35,603 nucleotides of DNA from Aplysia californica (GCF_000002075.1 NW_004797279.1:1840642-1876244); one strand, 5' to 3'; positions 10,621-22,957 are shown, counted from the stretch's first letter. A program made the numbers and translations. Notes: generated by a model not told the origin, from the sequence alone.

Positions 10621-11986
10621 CATGCAACGTCATCATCAGAAACCAACCAGGAGCAGAGCAGCTCCAACTCTGTCAGTTGTATTTACAAAATTTATAGTTC
10701 CTGTTATTTCAAGATTTATGACTAAATTATAGAGCGCTGAAAGATGATGTTTAAAAAAAATAATATTAGAGTTTTGAGATAAAAAATGAGGCCTTTGCTA
10801 GAATTTCAACAAAATTAGAATAAACGAAGCAAGTTGAAAGAGAGGAAAGGGCACTTTCAGATGAATATTAAGTAAAGGGCAAAATGAAACTGGCCAGATT
10901 GCTAACGACCCATCAAGCCAACAACCATCAATCGACTGGAACAGGTAAGAATAATGGTCTTTCTGTGAAGATGTAAGTGAAGATCCCACTAAAGAAATTC
11001 GCTGGCTGGCGTTATACCCTCTGTTATACTTAAGGCAGTCCGTTTTTGCGAATGTAGAAATTGGTACGCTCCATCACGGACTTCTGTTGGAGAAGATTTT
11101 GTCGCTGACCGGAATACGTCACTGTAATTTAACCCCCCAAAAAACCACGACCTTTGTGCTCTCGCTCTGAGCTTGTGTTCATCCTTTGTTTCAAAGATGT
11201 TAATGAGATCAAAATTGTCTCAGGTCGTCAAGGAAAAGGTTTAATCAGCACCAAGAAAGACACCTTTTGCTCAACTTAGTTCTTTAAGAATACAATGTAC
11301 ATAGATTTGTCAAACAGATAGACAGAATCTCGTTGTTTTTCAGGTTATAATATNNNNNNNNNNNNNNNNNNNNNNNNNNNNNNNNNNNNNNNNNNNNNNN
11401 NNNNNNNNNNNNNNNNNNNNNNNNNNNNNNNNNNNNNNNNNNNNNNNNNNNNNNNNNNNNNNNNNNNNNNNNNNNNNNNNNNNNNNNNNNNNNNNNNNNN
11501 NNNNNNNNNNNNNNNNNNNNNNNNNNNNNNNNNNNNNNNNNNNNNNNNNNNNNNNNNNNNNNNNNNNNNNNNNNNNNNNNNNNNNNNNNNNNNNNNNNNN
11601 NNNNNNNNNNNNNNNNNNNNNNNNNNNNNNNNNNNNNNNNNNNNNNNNNNNNNNNNNNNNNNNNNNNNNNNTAATATAGGTGGGCAAGAAGAGGGTAATT
11701 GGTCCCAACACAAACGCAATCATAGAAAAACTTTTCTACTTTTAGTGTTAGTCAGCTGACAAAAGCCCAAAGAATACGAGCATAATTATAATCAAGCAGA
11801 TATAATATTACAGTATAGGTTCGAGCAAAGTTACTGGCCCGAGTCTTACTGTAGGCAGGAGGGAGATGGCTACCTGTCTTGAACCTTTAGACGTTTCAGT
11901 GTTGTTAGTTAACAGATTTACAGACTGACTGATTGTCGATTGAGCAAGTCGTCTAATTTATGTAACCTCTCAACTCTTCCACTGAC

Positions 11987-12144
11987 CTAACTCCTATCGT
12001 GGGCATGAGGAAGGTGGCTAGTCCCGTCATCAACATGGTGGCACTCAGCAGGTGTGCCTTGATAGACTCCTCTTGTGTGGCGCACACGATCTCAGACACG
12101 ATGACAGCCTTGCTCAGAGGGGATGCGATGCACAACAGGCATTG
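11987..12144 (-). CDS. SLC23: SLC23 paralogue A, coding exon 2 (QCLLCIASPL...GLATFLMPTIGVR)
   Basis: gtacAG acceptor, AG|GTCAGT donor, 158 nt (phase 0 to 2). TM1-TM2 region, resembling GxxTxLQxxxGxR. Confidence 0.92.
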
Positions 12145-12279
12145 CTGTACAAAATGTCAGAAGGGGGGGGGGTGCGGGGGTTGTTAAGGGGTGCAGGGTG
12201 TCGGAGAAAAAGGGGATAGGATAGGGGAAGGGGCAGTTGATGGTTATAGACAAAAGCATTTTTGCATAGGTGGCGGTGG

Positions 12280-12323
12280 TGATGATGATGGTGATGGTGA
12301 CAACGACGACGACGACGACAGTG

Positions 12324-12371
<48 letters not shown>

Positions 12372-12375
12372 CGAC

Positions 12376-12408
<33 letters not shown>
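12280..12408. repeat. (GAT)n/(GAC)n microsatellite
   Basis: Direct observation. Confidence 0.95.
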
Positions 12409-12409
<1 letters not shown>

Positions 12410-13273
12410 CCGGGTAGTCGTCCGAAATATCAGCGTAAAAAATTATTCATCAATAAAAGACCTAAATTTTTAAGCTTCAAGAGGTACTGCAAAGGTACAT
12501 ACAAATAATTAAGACTGGTGATACATTCGAACACATGCCATAATTCTGCAGTTTTCCTGTTTCAACTACAGTACCTTGAAAATGCCAATTATAAGTGACT
12601 TTAGTACAATGTTTGTATGGGTCTGTTTGGAAACTGAATTTCCGTTGAAAGAGGAGCCTTTAAATGCTCTTACAACTGCATCTAAGATGCGTGATTGTTT
12701 TCAGTTAAGGTTTGAACCTGGTCCTGTGAGCCACATTAATACGCCTGTCTATACTTAATGTAGCCAATTTGAAAGATGAGCATTAGTTGTTCCCCATCCA
12801 GGATAAACGTCCGTGGGAATATTTTTCAATAAGAGCTAGAAAACTGAACTTATTATAACCAATATAACTGAAATCTCGCACTCCCAAACCTGAGATAAAA
12901 ATCATAATCTCCCGTGAAAAATCAAGACGCTAGGTTAAATGTAGTTAACAAAAAACAAACAAATAAACAACAACAACCCTATGGGTTGTGTAAGTCTTGG
13001 GTTCCTCCTGTTCTGTTATTTGAAGTCTCTCCAAGTCTGATATTGTACATGCATGGCGAACAATAAAACGAGGGCATCTGGCTGTGATAACGATTATGTA
13101 GAGGATAAGGTTGGACGTGGCTAGAATAGAAAGCGCCTCTCCCCCTTTTTGTGTGATCAAAAGTGTACCTGCTTTTCAACAAATCAGCAGAAGGACAAAT
13201 CATTCTCTACAGTAACTGATTTTGTATTTTATAAGGACATTTTGGAACGCCCATCACAAACGCAAGCCTTTAC

Positions 13274-13498
13274 CTGCATAGCAAACACGATAAGTAGATG
13301 GAACGGCGGATTATCGGACACATTGTAGACAAGTGATTTGTCGTGGTCTGTGTCTTCATAAACAACAACTGGCTCTGTCTCTTCACAAATCTCTTCTCGG
13401 AGAGGACAGAAATGGTTAGTTTCGTCTGTATTGTCATTTTCCACAAAATTATTTTTCCCTGTTGTTTTCACAACAGATATTTCTCTTGAACGCGCCAT
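13274..13498 (-). CDS. SLC23: SLC23/NAT paralogue A, coding exon 1 (MARSREISVV...LVYNVSDNPPFHLLIVFAMQ)
   Basis: ATG at 13498; acceptor tgtgtgtctcAG puts the exon start at 13540; donor CAG|GTAAAG after 13274; 75 codons. The LxYxVxDxPP segment preceding TM1 is typical of SLC23/NAT proteins. Confidence 0.9.
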
Positions 13499-15770
13499 TA
13501 TCACCACAGGATGGTCTCTTATTATTCTAAATCTGGTTGCCTGAGACACACATGCTACCTCTTTAGAACTATTTGAAAGACTGCTAGACTCAAGTCCCGT
13601 GGATCAAAAAGAGAACATCTAAATCCAAGCGACTAGCCACGAGGGGCTAATGAGATGCGCGTTCATAGACCTTATAAATGATCCAGATAAAGACCTCGGT
13701 GGTGTCGCATTTACAGAACTCCGGAAGCGTTTCTCGTGGCTGGCTGAAAAGGGACCAATCGGCAGGAAAGCATACATCTTTTCTTCTTCTTTTATCTCAA
13801 CAGAAAATACAGCATGTATGATAATTGATTTGTAGGACACTTGAAAACACACAGCCCTTCTGTAACAACCCAAGTAGGGCGTTTTCGTGGAATCTAAAAT
13901 AAAAGACAATTAATTCCTCTTTCAGTTTTGCAGAAACACAGAGAAAAGTCGGAACTATTTCTGCTAAAGTCTTGACAAACAGCGTCACTCCACCCATTTC
14001 CAATCCTCTTCGAATCTATTGACATAAATTGAATATTGTTCANNNNNNNNNNNNNNNNNNNNNNNNNNNNNNNNNNNNNNNNNNNNNNNNNNNNNNNNNN
14101 NNNNNNNNNNNNNNNNNNNNNNNNNNNNNNNNNNNNNNNNNNNNNNNNNNNNNNNNNNNNNNNNNNNNNNNNNNNNNNNNNNNNNNNNNNNNNNNNNNNN
14201 NNNNNNNNNNNNNNNNNNNNNNNNNNNNNNNNNNNNNNNNNNNNNNNNNNNNNNNNNNNNNNNNNNNNNNNNNNNNNNNNNNNNNNNNNNNNNNNNNNNN
14301 NNNNNNNNNNNNNNNNNNNNNNNNNNNNNNNNNNNNNNNNNNNNNNNNNNNNNNNNNNNNNNNNNNNNNNNNNNNNNNNNNNNNNNNNNNNNGCGAAAAT
14401 CTGGAATGAATTCTAAATTGGTACTACAACTGTAGTTTAACAAATCACCTTGTTTTGAAAGGAAGTAACAGCCAACGGGAGCATAAAGCTTGCCAAATGT
14501 AACGGAAGCCATGTTTTACATTTAGAGCATTAAATAGAGCTACACATTAAGCCTTGTGAATGGTTTTAATGAAAAATGTTTTTAACAAAGGTTATACCGT
14601 CTTGCCTACCATTAATGATTCATCCAGAATTCAATGGGTCGCTACTGTTATGTCCAGTGATAGAAATCTCTGAGTGCGGCCATTGGATCTAATTTCCAAA
14701 TTATTTACGTCTTCAGACTTGCTGTCGGTCATTCGTAGCTAAGTATGACAAATCTGACAACTCGCCCTCATAAATCAATTATAAGACACGAATAACAATA
14801 ATGTAGCGTAACAAGAAACAAAAAAAAAAAAAAAAAAAGGTATTCGTAGTTTCTTCCCTTTATGTTAAATATCTTTCCCCCTGGCATTTATCACCCTAAA
14901 AAAAGACAGTAGTGAGTAATAACAAAGTAAGCAGTTACTGGTAGGCCAAGAGGCTACTGCAATTGTGGAGAGTGAGGCGCAAACTGGAATGCTAAGAATA
15001 TCAGACTGTATTTCTTGGGTATTCCGGATTGATATTTGAAGTGTCCTTCATGTTGTGGAATATACATGTAGTTTCCAGTCCGTTCCGCCAAATATAGAAT
15101 CATCCTTTCTAACAGAAATAATTTCCTTCTGATATAAAGTGAGGATTCTATGTATTTTTTAAAACTTGTTTATCATTGTCTGTTGTCTTGCGTATAATCC
15201 AACTTTAAAAAACCCATCAAGATGTCATAACACTTCTCTTCTGGTATAAAGGTCAAAGAATGAAGCAAGCAAAAAATAAACAAAACAAAAACAAAATTTA
15301 AACCAGAAGCCAAAATAAAAACAAAAACAAGACCCCCCAAATAAAACAAAACAAAATAAAACACAACAAACAGCAACAAAAACCCCAAATAAAAACAAAC
15401 AACCAAACGAGAAAACAAAATAGATCTAGGCCTACGTCATGTGGTTTTTTTTTCAAAGTGAATACGACCATGGCCACACGCCTGTGTCCCTATTTTTATA
15501 AGCTAGTCAGACTCCCCATCTCCCTGGTATCGTTGAGTTGTACAATAGGCCTGCAGGCCGACATGAGAAAATCAACATTGTTATGACATTCCAGCTGGCG
15601 GTACGAGGACAACAGAAAGGAATACCAGACAGAATGTGCTCTTTCTCCTTTGCCCATATCTATACAGTGACCAAATGCTTACTGGGTACACGTCTGGGAA
15701 AAAACAGAACAGAAGAAAAATTTTGATCAATAAAAGCAGACAAGGCGCAGATATTGGGAAATCCACTTAC

Positions 15771-16241
15771 CTGTAATGTTCAAATAGTATTGCTATAATA
15801 ATCACTGTATCCACAACTATTGAAAATTACTCGTTATAGACAGAAATACCAACTACTGCTCTGAAAAAAAAAGAACATGATATGGCTGAAAAGTAAATTT
15901 TCTTTTGGTTTATCAATATTAATTTAAACGCAATTCGTTGCCCCGTCTGTCCCTGTTCCCACTGCGCACTGTGAACCAGTTTCCAGCCGGTTGGTGCTCA
16001 CCGCATTAAATTTTTCCCCTTTTTTTAATTAAGCGTGTTTTACGCTGTGTGCGTCCCTGTGTTCGAATTCCCGCCATGTGCCAGTTCTTGTCTAGATTCT
16101 GGCACTCTATGAGCGTACTCTGCAGTGTAGCTATTCTCTTTAGCAACCTTTTTTACGCTCAGTTTCACAACGCTCCCGCTGAAGTCTGAAACTCTTTTTT
16201 TTCTGCATGTTATGTTATTTTTCTGTGTCAGGTTCTCTCAG
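15771..16241. promoter_or_regulatory. Candidate bidirectional promoter with divergent non-coding first exons
   Basis: Perfect minus-strand donor CAG|GTAAGT (exon end 15771); plus-strand donor CAG|GTAAGA (exon end 16241); Inr-like TCAGTT at 16159-16164. Both flanking genes begin their coding exon with a splice acceptor. Confidence 0.45.
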
Positions 16242-16599
16242 GTAAGAGGTTTGCTAAGCAGAAGATTGTATGTACGAGTGAGTCAAGAACAAGAGTATGC
16301 TTACCGATTTTCTTAATACACAGCGATTTGGGACAACTGGTGAACTTAAAGCGTGCAATATAAATTGTTTTAACCACTCGTTAAGATAAATTTCCAGGTC
16401 TGTGTATGCTTCCATTCAGTGCATTCTTTGACTAAATTGGGTTCGGTGAGTGACTTATCAAGTACACTTTACATATTTCCTGACAGTTCACCCGCTTCTT
16501 TCACCGCATTAAAATTTTGTATGCCATAATTTTAGCGCACGTTCTTGAACATTTCATAACAGCAAGTGGTATTGGCTGCAAAACATAGGCCTACTAATA

Positions 16600-16850
16600 T
16601 ACAAAAATCTACCTTGAACATAGCCTTTAAACAAGTTTTTCTTCTGTTTAGCCGGCAGTTTAGAAACAATAATACTGTCCTCCCAACTTTTTTTGTGTGG
16701 TGTGGGGACCTGAACAGTGTACCAAAGGTATAGCAAGAAGCCTAATCATTTCCACATGAAATGCCCCAGTCCTCAGTAGAATTCTTGGAATGTAACGGCA
16801 CCGATGTTCTCAAAAAGGCAAATATAAACTCTCTGGGCTGTTTAGGTCTC
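16600..16850 (-). mobile_element. Possible highly decayed DNA-transposase remnant (Academ-like)
   Basis: Broken minus-strand frames TGAFHVEM...SWEDSII...LFKG recall a GxxHxEM...GWxxxL segment; recognised from memory only. Confidence 0.25.
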
Positions 16851-18662
16851 TTCTCAGCCAGAATTGGTATCATAGCAATTTACATTGTAAATACCCCCGT
16901 TTTGCCCTGTTGCTCTGAAGTCAGATACTATTTTTGACAAGTTTACATAGAGATGGACGTCTACAAAGTAAAGGGATGTAATACTTCATGAGGATGTCCT
17001 CGTCCATCCGAATAGTCTTCACTAGAAGGTTAGAGCGGTGGTTGCATGAACTTTTCCTGAAATGATTTCAAGTCTTGATGCCCTGTCGGCGGTTACTGTC
17101 TTGCAGCTTGTAGTACATAAACACTGCTCTGTGTCGAGTTTCTAGCCAGGTAACAGAGAATGCACTTTCCAGCTTTTATTATCTCCTCTGTTCACTTCAC
17201 GGCTAAATTCTTACAGCGTTCCTGACTGAATACATTTTTATTGTACATTCCATGTAGATCTAGTCAGGTTGCTCTACCCCGGATGTTCTTTTCACTAATA
17301 GCAACATTTTTGCATCCGTCTCTGGTGGGAAACGGTTTTCGTAGCCCTTTCGCTGGGCTACAACTAGTTTTGTAATTTTAGTCGCACGAGTTTTACAGCA
17401 CTTGCAACACAACTAGGGCATATAAGTAATGAAAATTAGACTTGTTACAAGAGAGTAACAAACACAAAAAAGGAGAAGGAGAAAGAAGGACGATAGATGT
17501 TTGATAGGAAAGAAGGAGTCTGGTCTTGCATGAAATTGCCTGTTGCTGTTCTCTCTTTGTCATGTTTCCTGGAGAAAGAAAAACTGTCTAAAGTAATCCC
17601 TCTAGACTTCTACAGGATTCACCATACTCTTAGCTTAATAACTGTTCTGTCAGCCCTCTGCTGTTGTACCTGGGAAAGGTTCCAAAGAGCACATGCATAC
17701 CTTTGGGCCTAGATGGTCAGAGTAGCATAATAAGAACGTATAGCTTTGGGCCCATCAGTAGGCTCTGAAAGTGGCATAACTGTGGCATAACAGGTGGTGT
17801 GGGGGATGGAAGCACCTCTTGTTACGATAAGTCATTGTGTAGATGCGGGCAAGAATAGATACACTTTTATCAAAATGTTAACAGACCCACATAATGCACT
17901 GCATTAATCTTTTCTTGTGAGGAACACTTTATTTATGCATCATAATCATCACCATCAGATATTGGTGAGCATGGTTCGCCACTAATTTCTTTGCTCGGGT
18001 TTTCTAAAAAGAAAGCCTACATTATCATAGGTTTTTCTCGTCACCCATAAGTATGCAGTACATACTATTATAATATTATGTGAGGCACCGTGGGGAAATC
18101 ACGCGCTCGTCAAATTTTAAATATTTTTTTGGCTCAACACTTGTTATGCACCAAAAGGAAGCAGGTTCGATTCCCAAAATTTTTATTGAGCTGACCCATT
18201 ATGATTGATGGTGTCTAAAGCCTGGTTTCAATTTTAGTTTGGCATACGGGCTTTGAGTGGTGGTGGGAAAGGAAAGGGGGGGGGGGGGTATAACGTTATT
18301 GTTTGATGATTTATCTACATATTTCCTTCCATAACCGTAATGATGTTAAAGTTAAACTTTGTTTTCTGTCAGGAGTCAATGAAACTGTGTTGTTGCAATT
18401 ATTACTATTTTAATTTCGTTCTTAAAATAAAAAAAATTTTTTTTTTTTTTTTTTTTACTTTACTTCGTTTGGTATGCTTGGAATACTATTTTACATGCAA
18501 GACAGGTGGACAACTCATGGTGCTTCTACTGATACTCCAATTGAACACATAGTTAGAAGCTGACATGAGATTAGTATTGATAGTATGTCTGGTCTTTAAA
18601 TAAATTATAAGAGTTAAAACCTTCTTTCATATGCCAATTATTTATAATGACAGAACACCAAC

Positions 18663-18830
18663 GCCGGCGTCTGTGGTGTAGCAGTTAGGCGCGTCGCTGT
18701 CGCTTGCAGGAGACCCGAGTTCGATTCCCGAATGGAGAGACATAGTTCATATAGTAGTTCGGTTTTTGTGCTGGGATGTTGCATCCCTCTCAGCCTGATC
18801 TAAATTGTGTCGATGGAGGCTTACATTAAA
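18663..18830 (+). mobile_element. tRNA-derived SINE
   Basis: Head gccggcgtctgTGGTGTAGCAGttag, B box GAGTTCGATTCC, tail aattgtgtcgatggagg. Confidence 0.75.
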
Positions 18831-19187
18831 ACATAATAATAGCCATAATATATTATACACGATGCCAAACGTCACGGGTTCACTGCTGGTCCCTCCAGAG
18901 TAGCATCCTGTTTGGGAGCCAGGATTTGATTCTGTTGTTCAAGGAAACATTCCAGTCTACGTCCATCGACAACCTTCGAACAGAATCCCCAACCGCAATC
19001 GACAAAATACGCTCCCCCGTCCCCACCCTACCCCACTGCAACTTCATGGTACCCATAAACAGAAAACTCCCCCCCCCCCCCAAAAAAAAAAAAAAAAAAA
19101 AAAAAAACAAACAAAAAACCCCCACCAATCAGTTCACCCAAAATGTAGTTATCTGACATTTCTTCTGATTTCGTTTTCAGACTTTCC

Positions 19188-19359
19188 ATGATCATGGATG
19201 GGAAACTGGACAAGTTCATCTCGGAAGTGGGTGGCTGTGGGATGTTCCAGGTTCTGCTCTCTCTGGCAGTGTACACCATTAAAGTGGTCGGCGCCTGGGG
19301 CATGCTTTTTATGTCATTTGGCTCTTACAACCCAGGATGGACGTGCATGGATCTCAAAG
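19188..19359 (+). CDS. SLC22: SLC22-family organic cation/anion transporter, coding exon 1 (N-terminus and TM1)
   Basis: Acceptor tttcgttttcAG at 19180, ATG at 19188 (alternative ATG at 19194), donor AAAG|GTAATA; 172 nt. 'EVGGCGMFQ' matches the SLC22 N-terminal xGxxGxFQ motif. Confidence 0.9.
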
Positions 19360-19360
19360 G

Positions 19361-19363
<3 letters not shown>

Positions 19364-19407
<44 letters not shown>
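19364..19407. repeat. (TA)n microsatellite directly after the SLC22 splice donor
   Basis: Direct observation. Confidence 0.95.
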
Positions 19408-19410
<3 letters not shown>

Positions 19411-20208
19411 GATAGATAGATGCCCATTAGAGCATTGATTCTTAAGTATTGTGTCGCCCCATTAAACGTTACTCTTTCAGGGGATTGAAAAATATGTTCC
19501 TTCCTTAATCCTCAGCTGTTTTTAAGAAGTGAGGGGGTGACTCAGAGCTCAGCAAGAAATATGTGGAGGGTATGGAAACAGCCTATGACATATGTAAAAT
19601 GCAGTCTTGTTAAAAGTCTAGAGACATCCCAAGATACGTACTCCAGAGGGTGTGACATAATATGTTAAGGTCACCTGTACCGGGCAAATAGAAAGGATAC
19701 AATGAAATACACACACCTGTAATTGACTCTCCATGGGGAAATTTGGTTTACTATGGCAAGTACAATGTACGTATTAAATGTTTCATTCAAAGGTGACATC
19801 GTCACCAATACAGGCCATTTAATAAACAGGCTATGTGGTCTCCACTGAGCAGCTCATTGTTTTCCTAGCTAGGGTATCGTGTTTTGCTCAAGGACTCATT
19901 CCGTGACCACCCGGCTAAAAGCTGCTTACCGACATTGGCTGACATCATCTGTTTAAGTTTGGGATGAATAACCTTTCGGCCTCTGGTACCATTAAGTCAG
20001 ACAAAGTGTGGCAAAAATTACTTCTCTGTGTCTTGGATAAAATGCATCTTAGGGGTAGGATATGCTGTCAAACAAATCTGTAGATCTCGTATGTATGCTC
20101 CCTCCCACTTACCTGGAATGTAAAAGTCTTGAAAAGGGTACCAGTATCGTTTATAATGTTGTTTAATATTGAAAAGTTTTGAGAAATTGTATTACGCTTT
20201 ATTTTCAG

Positions 20209-21644
20209 TCAACGACACAGTCACTGCCTTGAGTGAACCACCATACCTGAACTCAACAACGCTTGGGATTCTCGGCCCCAACTCCTCTGTATCTACCTAT
20301 AATATGAGCATGTCAGAGCAAGAAAAGTGTCAAGAGGCCCAGTCTTGCCAGGACGTCAGATTTGACCCTGACTCAGCCACTATTGTGTCCGAGTGGTACC
20401 TCATCTGCGACAGATCGTGGCTTGCTCCAATCACCATTTCCATTCAGATGGTCGGAGTTACCATAGGTTCTTTCATAGCAGGCCAGTTGGCTGAGCGTTT
20501 CGGAAGAAAATTGAGCATGTACCTGTGGGTTGTACTAGGAGTAGTTTCTAACGTTGTAGCACTTTTTTCTCCCAACTGGGAGGTATACACTGCTGTCCGT
20601 TTCGTCATCGGGATGAGCGTGGGTGGCAATCTGTCCACCTGTCAGGTATACGCTCTGGAATTCGTGACGGCGAAGTGGAGAGTTTTCCTCACTGGTCTCC
20701 CCACTTGGAACGTCGGCTCCATTTCTTTTGGCATCTGCGTTTTCCTGCTGAAAGACTGGAGAGACGCCCACGTCGCCACGGCCGTTCTGGGAGCCTTTGC
20801 TTTTCTCAGTGTCTTCTGGGTGCCAGAGAGCCTGCGTTGGTTGGTCGTACAGGGAAAAGTAAAAGAGACAAAAAAAGTGGCAAACATGTTCTGTCGTGTG
20901 AACGGACGTTCTGAGCCGGATCCCCATTTGACGGCGTTCACAAATTGTGAAGGGCAGCAAGACGACAAAAAAGTAGCAATCCGACAGCTTTTTCGTAGTG
21001 ACCTTCGTAAAAAGACAATAGTTTGCAGCGCTATATATTTCTTTATGGCCATCATGTATTATTCAATTGGATTTGGAATCAAAGCCCTGTATGGGGACTT
21101 TTATATTAATTTCATTCTATATACGGTATTTCCTTTGCCTTTAGCCCCTTTAGCTCCTGTCCTGGGACACAAACTCGGAAGGAGATGGGGATCAACTGTT
21201 CTCATGTTCTCCTGCGGACTCGTCTCTTCTTCCGTGATCGTTGTGTTCTTCACAACAAGCGGCCAGGTGCAAGGTTATGTCATCACAGGGCTAGCACTGG
21301 CCACCTCAGCCTTGCTTGATTACGCCTGGAGCATCTTGACCGCCTTTATCGCCGAACTGTTCCCAACCCCCGTTCGCCTGCTCAGTTTCGGCTTCATTTT
21401 TAGCGCAGCAAGGTTCGGCAGCATCCTTTCCCCTTTCCTCATCCCGCGAGATTTCAGTATTTTGTATATCTCCTACCTGGTTATGGGCATCCTGGCTATC
21501 ATTAACTGCTGCCTGATCCTGTCTATGCCAGAAACGAAGGACCTTGGACTGGAGGACACGCTACACGCTCGAAGTCAGCTGGAGGTCGAGATGACACAGG
21601 GAGACATCACTAAACCAACGAGAGAGAATAGTCCTTTGTCTTAA
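20209..21644 (+). CDS. SLC22: SLC22-family MFS transporter, large terminal coding exon (spliced product 535 aa)
   Basis: tattttcAG acceptor joins in frame (G|TC = Val). Motifs TIVSEWYLIC, ERFGRK, PESLRWL, ELFPT and PETK; Cys-containing loop with NDT/NST/NSS/NMS sequons; stop TAA at 21642-21644. Confidence 0.96.
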
Positions 21645-21709
21645 CTTGTGTGCTTCTCCACTGTGTTTGAGCCCACAATATCTTACTGCTTTTTTGAATA
21701 TGAATATGG

Positions 21710-21914
21710 CAATTACGTCCCCATCGACACAATTGAGATCATTCAGGAGGCGGGTTTCAACTCTACCTGCCAGGTCCAACCCAGGTTAGAACGTTTCTGC
21801 AGAAAGGCTCAGACACTCGATACCCCCCTCCCCTTTTTCCCCGCTACGGGTTTCGATCTTGGGTGTTCTGCAAGCGACGACGGAGCGTCTGACTGCTACA
21901 CCACAGATGCCGGT
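21710..21914 (-). mobile_element. tRNA-derived SINE, antisense in the SLC22 3' UTR
   Basis: Reverse complement reads accggcatctgtggtgtagcagtcag...gtcgcttgcag...aattgtgtcgatgggg, sharing head and tail with the 18663 copy. Confidence 0.75.
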
Positions 21915-22155
21915 GTCTCCTGCTTCATATTATAATGCAATGTGAATATAGTGTACATGTATATCGTATACTAATGTTTTGTGTGATATATGTATACATG
22001 CACGTATACAGAAAAACATACATATTATTATAAATATATAACTGTATATCATTATTAATTCAGTGCGTAACCCTTTTCAGGGAAACGGAGATAGTTTGAT
22101 ATAGTTAAAGTTAGAAAACAAGCGTCGTACTTTTTACATGTAAAGCAGCTTGATC

Positions 22156-22161
22156 AATAAA
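22156..22161 (+). terminator. Candidate polyadenylation signal of the SLC22 gene
   Basis: AATAAA ~510 nt after the stop, followed by a TG/T-rich tract (tgtttttcttgatg). Confidence 0.55.
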
Positions 22162-22684
22162 CTATGTGCACTGTTTTTCTTGATGTAATGGAGCTATGAG
22201 ACCCCATCTACTTAAAGGTTTTCTGACTAAAAGAAATATTTCACTGTTGTTGTTACTTTTATAAACATTGCATATACACTGGCGTCCAAAAGAAACTTGA
22301 AAATGTATCCACCTAATCAGTATGAAACAGCCTTACACTATCTGCTCATGTAGCATACCAATTTAAAGCTAAATAAATTCGGCACCCTCTGACATATTAA
22401 AGTTTCATCTATAATGAGAGCCACCCGAGTCACTCAAAATTTACCTTAAAATATAAGACTTGACAAAATTCTATAAAATCAAAGAAACTTAAAAGTGTGC
22501 TTGCGCGTGTATCGAGGTGCAACCAGAGGCGAAGCGTCTATATAATCAAATAATCACTGCTTCCCTTCCTAATTTTGAAACATTGTCGCAGTCAAATTCA
22601 CCCATAGACGTAAACCTCATAAATTAAATGTAAAAAGACGTTCATAATCACCAATGAACAATAGACTATGTCTAACCTTCAAAA

Positions 22685-22957
22685 CCGTTTCATTGCTACA
22701 GAAATAGCCTGTTCGCCCCTATCGGGCCACTCCATAAGCAGTCACAAGCTTTGATTAAGTAAGCTGCTTAAAGTGAGGCTGGAAGAGTCAACCAATAGAT
22801 TTGAAGGGAACATGTGCATAGCAGTCAGAACTGTTTCATTGTCGCATATTATACCCTGTTTACCCCTTTCGGGCCACAGTTATAAGCACCCAGACGCGCT
22901 GATTATCTAAGCGAACTATTACACTGGTCGAGTCTACCTCACAGATGTGAGGGGAAC
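22685..22957. repeat. Two degenerate ~146-bp tandem units
   Basis: gtttcattg...cctgtt...cccct.tcgggccac...ataagca...tgatta...gagtc.acc...agat.tga.gggaac recurs at ~22685 and ~22831. Confidence 0.7.

Noticed and set aside
13499-13549. GTG-initiated N-terminal extension of SLC23-A
   Set aside because: Non-ATG start overlapping the splice acceptor; first in-frame ATG is 13498. An upstream coding exon cannot be fully excluded.
18885-18960. Possible RT 'GVPQGS' remnant
   Set aside because: Similarity is too short and needs frameshifts; cannot be supported by eye.
20169-20208. TTG start for a 491-aa single-exon protein
   Set aside because: This is intron sequence; the acceptor at 20208 joins in frame to the upstream exon encoding TM1.
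22685-22957. CRISPR-like repeat-spacer array
   Set aside because: Only two degenerate full-length tandem units with no unique spacers, in a eukaryotic context.
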